Assembly: GCA_964016885.1 (NCBI GenBank)
Contig: OZ024740.1
Coordinates: forward strand, 85,188,001 to 85,252,000
Direction of reading: 5' to 3'
Length of the DNA: 64,000 nt
Origin: Eledone cirrhosa
Lineage: Eukaryota
Below are positions 54,450 to 64,000 of this stretch, one piece after another. A program made the translations under genes and the position numbers. The notes beneath the pieces were generated by a model. That model made no database searches and was not told the DNA's origin. It saw only the letters and a program-made list of their open reading frames with translations. How positions within the stretch are numbered: the stretch's first letter is position 1; every line of letters starts with the position of its first letter.

Positions 54450-54890
54450 TCTATATATCTAAAACAGAGAATGTCTGTCTGTCTGTCTGTCAGCTCACTA
54501 AAACTCGAGAACCACCCAACTGATTGTTTTCAAGTTTTACACATGTAATGCTTATGGCCCTGTGAGTGTTTTGAGCAAAAGATATTTCTAATTTTCAATG
54601 CCCTAGGGACCACATTAGGCGATTTAACGATCTCTCTCTATAATTCTTAATCTTTTAGATAGATACATAACGTTGCGCCCTTATAATATCTGTCTGTATG
54701 TCTGACTGTCTGCATTACGACATTATGACGCTACATGTGTGTGTGTGTGTATATATGTATATATATATATACATAGTGTGTTAACGTTTTTCGAAATATT
54801 TACTTCTGCGTTCACAGATTGATTTTTTAGTTTCAGGAGATCCCGTTAAGGGTGAAAGCAGCGATTCTTTGCTTAAACTTTAATCTGTTA

Positions 54891-54936
<46 letters not shown>

Positions 54937-55082
54937 TATATTCGTGGACATATATTTTTGCATACACAATAACAAAATATAAACAAGCGTATTCATTTTT
55001 CGAGGCTCGATAAGGATAAATATATATCAAATATATAAGAACCCTAGAGCAAATCCCGAGCAACGCCGGGCCATTCTGCTAG
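54450..55082 (+). mobile_element. Complete non-autonomous Helitron-like element carrying a nested HHR fragment
   Basis: A|TC 5' end, (GTCT)n, 3' hairpin CCCGAGCAACGCCGGG then CTAG|T. Confidence 0.8.
54829..54879 (+). ncRNA. Hammerhead-like motif (CAGGAGA core), copy of 20929-20979
   Basis: AGTTT-CAGGAGA-TCCC gttaa GGGT-GAAA-GCA...TGC-TT-AAACT. Confidence 0.55.
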
Positions 55083-55849
55083 TAATAAATAAAACTGAAT
55101 AATCGACTGACGACACCGAACAAATTCCTTATGGTATTTCGTTATGTGTCTTAATGTGCTCAGTTCAAGTCACGCTTGAATACACCAACCACCAGAATCT
55201 ATTAAATAGATGCCAGTGATATACTAAAAGTAGATTGGTTCCACTAAGGCCATGACGTATCTGAATTTTATGGTCTTGTACCCCGGTTAGAATATTTTTA
55301 GCCCTCTCCTTGTTTATTCCCCAAATATTTTGTAACACCTTCGTATGAATAAATTAATTCATGTAACAATGGACGGAATAATCCAGGATTTTAGTGTGCA
55401 ATTTTCCCTACAATTACCCTAAAGTGCAGTTCTCCCCTATTAAGAAACCTTTTTTCCAAGTTGACATTTATTATAATTTTACAATTATTACTCTTGTTAT
55501 ATCTACTGTTATCCCTTTACCAATTTCTCCTTCATTTACATTCTTATGGCCGATAAAAAAAGATCCTTGTTTTTGTTAAAACATTTTTACACGCCAAAAA
55601 CCACACTGCACTGTCTTGTACCGCCCTTTAGTCGGTTTATAGAAACATCATCTACTCCACTCTTAGTGTGAACCCTGTGTAGCTAATAAAGAAACTATTA
55701 TTATGACTGCTATTATTGACAGAGTAGAGCGAGGGTAACAGTAAAGCTTTGAACTAAATACCTTACGCTATTTAGTTATACGATTCTGGCCACACCTTTG
55801 TCAGAATTCATTCGTCATAGTTATTATAAAGAGACTATTATTATTATTT

Positions 55850-56235
55850 TGAATTGGCAGTATCGGTAGAGGGTCGGACGCCATGCTTTGACGCATGGAG
55901 TTACGGCCCTTGCCATTCTGAGTTCAAATCCCGCCGAGGTTAACTTTGCCTTTCATCCTTACGGGGTCGATAAAATAAAGTACCAGTAATGCACTGGATA
56001 TATGCTGGCCTTGTGCCAAACGTAGAAACAATTATTATTTCATTCGGTGAATTAGCAGTAACGGTAGAGGGTCAGACGCCATGCTTTGACTCATGGAGTT
56101 ACGGCCCTTGCCGTTCTGAGTTCAAATCCCGCCGAGGTTAACTTTGCCTTTCATCCTTACGGGGTCGATAAAATAAAGTACCAGTAATACACTGGGTAAT
56201 TGCTGGCCTTGTGCCAAACGTGGAAACAATTATTA
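55850..56235 (+). mobile_element. Tandem pair of near-identical SINEs
   Basis: Units at ~55850-56040 and ~56044-56235. Confidence 0.9.
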
Positions 56236-56299
56236 TTTGATTATTTTTCACGACCAATATTGATGTTGTTTTTGGTCGGTTATTTTAGGGAATACCGGG

Positions 56300-56430
56300 C
56301 TAAAACTTAGGGTAACTCTCACTTTTTCATATCATTCCTTGTCATTTACTACTGCTGGTAGTCCAGAACCTTTCTCAATATTCGGGCTGTTCTAAGTAGG
56401 TATGACTTCTGGAGCAGTTCAATCTCTTGT
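56300..56430 (-). mobile_element. Extreme 3' end of an RLE-type LINE
   Basis: IELLQKSYLLRTARILRKVL matches the typical LQK..LLGTARILRKVL C-terminus. Confidence 0.65.
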
Positions 56431-57110
56431 GCAAAATATTTAAACTTTATTTTAATGTTTTCACGCCTACAAGCGTAAAAAGGAGGAGATACGCTCCTCA
56501 ACTTTCGGCTAGCTGTCATGTGACAACCATTCAACGGTCATCATTCTTACCACCACCACCGTCACCACTACAATCACTACAGACAACAAGGCCACCGTCG
56601 CCAATAACAGCAACAATAACACCACCACCACCAGCCAGAGCAACACTATCGACAAAGACAACGAACACATCAGCACCACCAACTACGGAAACGGCAACAG
56701 CAGCAACATCAACAACAACATCAACGACAACACTAACAACAGCAAAAATTACAACAACAATGGCAACAGCAATAGTAGAGGATAGAATGCTTCGCGGTAT
56801 TCTTTTCAGCTCTAAGCTCTAAGTTCAAATTCCGTCGAAGTCAACTTTGCCTTTCATCCTTTCAGTGTTGATAAACAAAGTAGCAGTCAAGTACTGGGAT
56901 CAATTCTTCCTCTATATCTCGTTCTCTCTCTCTCTCGTTCTCATTCTCTGTTTCACTGTAAGAAATCTGCTGTGTTAAGACCGGGAGAGAAATGGTAAGG
57001 TACGCCGTATATCCCTACGACTCCATCGGGAGTTACCGGATAAAAACAATAGAAATAAGTTATCAACGAAATAAGTTATCAAACACACACATACACCCAC
57101 ACATACACAA

Positions 57111-57157
<47 letters not shown>

Positions 57158-57773
57158 TATTTAGTTATTCATTATTTTAGATTTATACATTATACTATAT
57201 TTTAAACGTATTCATTATACAGAAATATTTCCAGAACCTTTTTTTACGTTGTTCATTCCAGCAGAACTTGCCATGAGATTTCAGAAAACTTTTGGAAAGG
57301 CCGGAACCGGAATTGTTTTGCAACGAAATGCTAGTTGTTATAGACAAAAATACATTTTGGAATTAGTAAGGCAGTTAGAGGAACTGGGTAAGTGTGGTGT
57401 AGATTTATTTACCAAATGTATTACTTACTTAATGTGTACAATATTGTGTGAGGAGTTACTTAATTTACTGTAGGATGTTCCCTTAAAAAGTGACGGGTTT
57501 GTAGTCAGTTGTGTAATAAGCTTGAACAATATATAGATGTGTGTGAGTGTGTGTGTCAGCATTGTTAAGCCTTGCACCTGAAGACTGCCACCCTATGAAG
57601 TGAAATGGCCTTAATCGGTATCGCGACCTCAATCCGCTGAAATCTTTTCTGTACGACATAACTCTGATTTTCAATTTCGTTCCGTTTTTTTCTCTTTCAT
57701 TTTCGATAACATGTTGGGTCTAGGAACATACACGCGTTTTTCTATTATTCAAATACAAACACAGCCACCCATT

Positions 57774-57823
<50 letters not shown>

Positions 57824-58410
57824 TAACACAGCACCTATTTTCATCAGTATCGTAAGTATTGGATGGAGAAAAAAAATAGAAATACAACGAAGAAAACCAT
57901 TATTATCAAATGCTTAAAAAGATCTTTTAAAACACCCTGTAAAATAATTGTTTCTATTTTAGGTACAAGGCCAGCAATTACGCAGTACATTACTGGTACT
58001 TTATATTATCGACCCCGTAAGGATGAAGTGACCAAAGTGTACACACATACCAATAGAAACACACACACAACATGCATATATATAAACAAACCCACACAAA
58101 CCGAAACACATATACACTCACAAACACTTACCTATATCCCAAAATACGAACACACACGTAAATTATACTGCAATGGTTATATAATTTTACATGTATCATT
58201 TTACAAAACCAGTTGAATATGAGCTTATTCTTAGGGGATAGGATGCATGTTTGAGATTATCTCAAACATATTTTTAATTTCAAATATAATATAATATATT
58301 GAATATTATACTCCAGAAAACTTGTCGAGTGCTCTGAATCAGTTATAAACATTTATATTTGTTGAATTACCAACAAATTGAATATCCCTTATGCTTATAT
58401 ATATATATAT

Positions 58411-58527
58411 AACGAAGGAAATGTGGTAAGGAACCAGGTGGACAATAACGCACCAAAGTACTCAATACTTAGGGTAGTAGAGTGGGTAATAGGAACGAGT
58501 AGGACCCCTCGTAGGGTCCTACTCGTT

Positions 58528-58532
<5 letters not shown>
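58411..58532 (-). mobile_element. Minimal PLE fold-back insert: tail plus 44-bp hairpin (58489-58532) in (TA)n
   Basis: ataggaacgagtaggaccc-ctcgta-gggtcctactcgttcctat. Tail shared with 46311-46392. Confidence 0.8.
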
Positions 58533-58567
<35 letters not shown>

Positions 58568-58685
58568 TATACACACATATATATATGTATGTATTAGGGT
58601 CCATTGATCGACTTTATTAAGTATAGTGTACTAAGTTAATTAATGGTCTTAACTACTAACATCTTATCCTTATATGTTTATGTTT

Positions 58686-58740
<55 letters not shown>

Positions 58741-58840
58741 GTGTGTGTGTGTGTGCGCGTGTGTGTGTGTGTATTTACACACACACACACATATACATAT
58801 ATATATTATAATAAAGGACTATACGTTATGTCTTCATTAC

Positions 58841-58942
<102 letters not shown>

Positions 58943-58998
58943 AAAAGAGATGAAATCGAAAATGCAACCGGAGTCTTTTAAAAAATATATATTTGGTT

Positions 58999-59065
<67 letters not shown>

Positions 59066-59403
59066 AAAAGGACAATTTGTTATATCTTCATACATATATA
59101 TGTTCAATTTTAAACTACATACCTCTGAAGAATTGTCAGCGCGAAATCCAAAGTATTCCAGTAAATGTAAATGCCTGCAATAGAAACAGAGAAATGCTAC
59201 AGCTGTATAGATATAGGAATTATATGAATAAAGCAGGTCTGGCTCTTTGCCAACTTAACAGACTCAGAATCAGAGAATCAGATATATCTCTTTACAGGAA
59301 CCAACTAGAAGAAGCAGACAAACAACAACACAAAAAAAAAAAAAAACACGTAAAAATGAAAACTATTTCGTTAAATGATTTGAACATGATGATGATATGA
59401 CTG

Positions 59404-59458
<55 letters not shown>

Positions 59459-59667
59459 TATATATATGTATATATATATAATATATATATATATATATGC
59501 GCGCGTGTGAGTGTGTTTCGGGTGGGGGTGGTAGATATCTTTCGTGACATATATAATATATAATTGAAAACGTGACTGTTGTATGGTAGCGCAAGTATTC
59601 AGCAATTTTTGCACACGGTGAAAAGGGAGACAAACATTAAAGGCAATTTCCGGTCGTTCCTCTACCT

Positions 59668-59712
<45 letters not shown>

Positions 59713-59714
<2 letters not shown>

Positions 59715-59809
59715 CGAAGGAAATGTGGTAAGGAACCAGGTGGACCATAACGCACCAAAGAATTAGCCGTCGAAACGGCTTGAGCTCAGCCGTCGGGGTC
59801 TTACTGGTT

Positions 59810-59868
<59 letters not shown>

Positions 59869-60111
59869 CTTATGGTAGCTAAGATGCTTCCTTAGGCGGT
59901 ATGCCGGTTGAGCACTCTATGCTCTTACATAGCAGAGTATGATAGAATAGAAAACGAGTGAATATGCTCCGAAATCATTAGACGTGTCCGTCGAACCTGC
60001 GGGTCCAGAATCAGACAGATCCACACAATGATCGCGTCTCGATCTGTCCATCGGGGAAACAATTGTAACACACAATAAATTGAGTTCAGATGCATCACTG
60101 ATTTTTCGTTT

Positions 60112-60115
<4 letters not shown>
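59713..60115. mobile_element. Two adjacent head-to-head PLE terminal inserts (59713-59812, 46.2-kb family; 59868-60115, 30.8-kb family)
   Basis: Each has a minus-oriented tail joined to a plus-oriented HHR-containing end. Confidence 0.7.
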
Positions 60116-60199
<84 letters not shown>

Positions 60200-60205
<6 letters not shown>

Positions 60206-60527
60206 AACGGAAGATGTCTGTCTGTGTGTATGTATTATTTTTATGTGTTTCCACATTTCTCTACTGATTTTGATGATTTTTTTTCCAATGTGCTCCAAAT
60301 TTACCAACGATGGTCAACGCGTAATAAACTTTGCAAAACATTTCCTGCTTCTATGAAAAAATCGATAAAACTAAATACATGCTGTAACCTTCTCTCTTAT
60401 ACGCTTAATCCCTCTCTCTACTACTCTCAAAAATCGATGAAACTACATACATGTTGCAATTCTCTTTAAAAGGTTCATCCCTCCCTCTACTCCCTTCTCA
60501 ATCTCCTCTGCAACTCTCTTTAATGTA

Positions 60528-60580
<53 letters not shown>

Positions 60581-60728
60581 TATGTATATATAATATATAT
60601 ATAATATTGACTCGGGTTAGGGACGTTTGTAGGGCGATTTTAAATCCCCAGTCCTGGAAGAAGTTGATTAGTTGTTTACGGACCCGGTCTGTGCTACATA
60701 TTATATATAATATATATATAATATATAT

Positions 60729-60793
<65 letters not shown>

Positions 60794-60826
60794 AGCGAGA
60801 ATCGCATTTCGGCGGGTAGAAATTAG
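60200..60826 (+). mobile_element. Possible degenerate Helitron-like element
   Basis: 5' tatatataaa..gatgtctgtctgtgtgt start and a 3' gcgggtagaaattag end, resembling the other Helitron copies. Confidence 0.4.
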
Positions 60827-61055
60827 CGAAACGCAACTTCAATAATGTGCAGACAAGCGCTCCATGCATATGAAGAGAATAGCAGAGCTATAAAGATAAT
60901 ATATACATATATATATATATTTATGTAATATATGTATAAGAGATATTTAATTTGTTGGAAATCCAACAAATATAGATGTTTACAACTGATTCAAAGCACT
61001 CGACAGTTTCTGGAGTAAGTATTCAATTGATATTAAATAATTGGAAACTATATTT

Positions 61056-61117
61056 ATTCTATTATATATATATTTCAACGGTACAAACAATTTTGGTACG
61101 CTATCATCAGATAAAAT
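61056..61117 (-). ncRNA. Hammerhead ribozyme (minus copy)
   Basis: ATTTTAT-CTGATGA-TAGCGTACCAAAA..TTTGTACCGTT-GAAA-TATATATA-TA-ATAGAAT. Confidence 0.7.
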
Positions 61118-61223
61118 ACAAAATGTTTTATAAATATTTGACATGACCAAGGATGATAGGGATAACTTGAACCGTTAAGATATATCATCCTTGGTCATGT
61201 CAAATATTAATAAAACATTTTGG

Positions 61224-61282
61224 ATTTTATCTGATGATAGCGTACCAAAATTTTGATACCCTTGAAATATATATAATAGAAT
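61224..61282 (+). ncRNA. Hammerhead ribozyme (plus copy)
   Basis: ATTTTAT-CTGATGA-TAGCGTACCAAAATTTTGATACCCTT-GAAA-TATATA-TA-ATAGAAT. Confidence 0.75.
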
Positions 61283-61351
61283 AAATATAGGTTTATAAAT
61301 ATAATTTCCATATATTTAATATCAATTGTATATATGTAATATATATATATA

Positions 61352-61622
<271 letters not shown>

Positions 61623-62039
61623 ATGTAATTGATCAAAAGAACATCTATTTTATTAATATCTGTATTTTAATATATATATATATATATATATTCTAGCGGG
61701 TCCGGGTAAGTTTTTTACATTCATTTAATTTATTGATTTATTGATATTTTATTTGAGTGACCCGAATCTTCCTGGTCGTTCTTTTTCGGCTGTATGGGTG
61801 ATTTTAGGCATGACCTCTATGTGTTGGTAATTTAACGATGGTTATAGCTCTGATTTATCCAAATTATTGAGCCCTCTGCCACACATATCGGATTTGTTTA
61901 TCGTTAATTCGTAAGCTGTTTTTCCGATTCTCGATTATTCTACTATATATATATATATATACAAAATACGCCCCGTCACACCAACCCCACCCCATCCACA
62001 CCTCCCCTTTCAATGTAAAGTTATGTTGGTGCCACAACA

Positions 62040-62320
62040 TCCAGGCCGAAACAAATGAGATCGTGTAGGTGTCACGACAAAAAAACACACAGTCCACGCT
62101 TAATGTGGCCGTGTAGGCAACACGGTAAAAACATCGCAGTCCCACACTGTAAATGAGGTTGGTGTTAGGAAGGGCATCCAGCTGTAGAAAACCCGCCAGT
62201 CAGTCCTATACGAGCAAGACATCCAATCTTGCTTCAAGTGGGAAAACTCCCGTCCAAACCCATGCAAGCGTGGAACACGGACGTTAGACGATGATGATGA
62301 TGATGATGATGATGATGATA
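62040..62320 (+). mobile_element. RTE-associated SINE/short element with (GAT)n tail
   Basis: ggttggtgttaggaagggcatccagctgtagaaa...cccatgcaagcgtggaacacggacgtta followed by (gat)n. Confidence 0.6.
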
Positions 62321-62321
62321 T

Positions 62322-62368
<47 letters not shown>

Positions 62369-62369
62369 T

Positions 62370-63725
62370 TCTCTTTTACCCTTTTACCTGTTCCAGCCAT
62401 CCGGCTGAGGCCATGCTGGGGCACCGCCCTTGTTGCTACACATTTTATCTCCAGCCTGCATTGGTTGGCCACTGGTGCAAGAGGGAGTTCGTTACTGCTG
62501 CCCTTAGGTTTCCCTCGTGCCTTGCTGTGGGCTTATCCGGGATCCTGGATAGCAAGTTGTCGAGATGTTTCTTGAAAACATCCACATCCACACCATGCAG
62601 ATCTCTCAGATCCCTCGGCAGCTTGTTGAAGAGTTGGGGGCTCTTGAACCCCAGGCTATAGCAATATTTGCTCCTTATTCTAGATGTGGAAGACAGGACA
62701 TTTGACACCACTCAGTGACGTCCTGTTCGGGGGTTGGTCCAGCTCCCAATGCCAATGTTTGGTGTTAGTCCCTCCAGGATTTTCCACATGTAGATCACTG
62801 CGTATCTCTCCCGTCTTCGCTCCAAGGATTAGAGGTTCAGTTCTTTTAGCCTCTTCCAGTATCTTATCTCCTTCATCATGGCAATCTTCTTGGTGTAGCT
62901 TCGCTGGATTGCCTCAAGCTCCGTGGTTAGTTTGACACTATGGGGTGACCACAACTGGGAGCAATAGTCCAGGCGGCTTAGGACAAATGTCCTCCATAGT
63001 GTCAACATGGTGTCTCGGTCTCTTGTCCGGAAAGTCCTCAAGATCTAGCCAGCGAGTCGTCGGCACATTGTCGCCACTTTCATGATGTGTGAGGAAAAAG
63101 ATGCATCGTCGCTCATGTCTATACCCAGGTCTCGTGCCGATTTCGATACGGGAATATCGGTCCCTCCTGGTGCGGCGTAACTGTGTTGTACTGTATTCGT
63201 GTTTGCAGGTTTGTATTGTAGGTCTTGGAATTTGCCAGCATTAAACTGCATGTTGTTGACTTCCTCCCATTTGTATATGGCATCCAGATCTTGTTCTAAA
63301 AGGGCAGTGTCAGCCGGGTTTGAGAGATCCACCAAAAACAGTAGTGATCCCAGGACTGTGCCTTGGGGCACCCCTCTTGTTATTGATGTTTCCTTTGAAA
63401 GGCCCCATTTACTGCGACTGTCTGGCTTCTGTCCTTAAGAAGTCATGCAGCCACTCACCTACTTTTCCAGTTATGCCGAATCTGTGTAGTTTGTGAGATA
63501 TCATTACGTGGTCGACCTTGTCAAAGGCCTTTGCAAAGTCAAGATATATCACGTCCACATGTGCGTTGTCTAGCAGTTGTTTCAGTACCCAGTCATAGTG
63601 ATGTAGCAGCTGTGTAAGGCAGCCTCTTCCTGGGCGAAAGCCATGCTGCGTGCTAGTCAGGCGGTCATTTTGCTCAAGGAAAGTGATCAGTTTCTTTCTA
63701 ATGATTCGCTCCATGACCTTATATG
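62370..63725 (-). pseudogene. CR1-group LINE reverse transcriptase remnant (frameshifted, YADD region deleted)
   Basis: QHGFRPGRGCLTQLL, VDVIYLDFAKAFDKVDH, PQGTVLG, NNMQFNAGK, DLGIDM, RLDYCSQLWSPH..LEAIQR, QLFNKLP. Confidence 0.9.
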
Positions 63726-63811
63726 TGACGTCAGGGAGACTGGCCTATAGTTTTTTGCTCTGCTACCTCCTTTATGGATACGGCATATTGTGCCTTCTTT
63801 TAGCCCCCCCC

Positions 63812-63897
<86 letters not shown>

Positions 63898-63905
63898 TAT
63901 ATAAT

Positions 63906-63948
<43 letters not shown>

Positions 63949-64000
63949 TATTATATATATATAATATATATATAATATATATATAATATATATAATATAT

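Larger units (their letters stand above)
60934..61328. mobile_element. PLE terminal fold-back insert: arms 61024-61158 / 61183-61328, tail 60934-61023
   Basis: Inverted repeat with an HHR in each arm. The tail is related to 58290-58395. Confidence 0.85.

Noticed and set aside
56427-56822. Pro/Thr-rich mucin-like ORF
   Set aside because: Degenerate (CAA/CAC)n trinucleotide repeat running into a SINE.
59120-59175. CTGAAGA-attgtcagcgc-GAAA candidate hammerhead
   Set aside because: Stem II and stem III could not be closed convincingly.

Overview
AT-rich, extremely microsatellite-rich eukaryotic DNA with no recognisable intact host gene. The repeat landscape resembles an octopus/cephalopod genome, which is an inference only. 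Nearly all ORFs in the supplied track are artefacts of (TA)n, (CA)n, (TATG)n or (GA)n repeats. The real coding remnants are all retroelement-derived: five Penelope-like element (PLE) RT and/or GIY-YIG remnants, RLE-type LINE 3' ends, and CR1-, RTE- and CRE-like fragments. There are also many tRNA-derived SINEs, three copies of a non-autonomous Helitron and several tandem repeats. The main hidden signal is a dense set of about 15-20 minimal type I hammerhead-ribozyme (HHR) motifs or half-motifs: stem I - CTGANGA - stem II - GAAA - short palindromic stem III - TH - stem I'. They lie in PLE terminal fragments from many unrelated families and are almost always embedded in (TA)n tracts. They are often arranged as fold-back (head-to-head inverted) inserts in which only one arm carries a 3' tail. 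That tail begins with a shared ACTC...GAGT stem a few nt after the inversion boundary. All motifs were read by eye and coordinates are approximate to a few bases.
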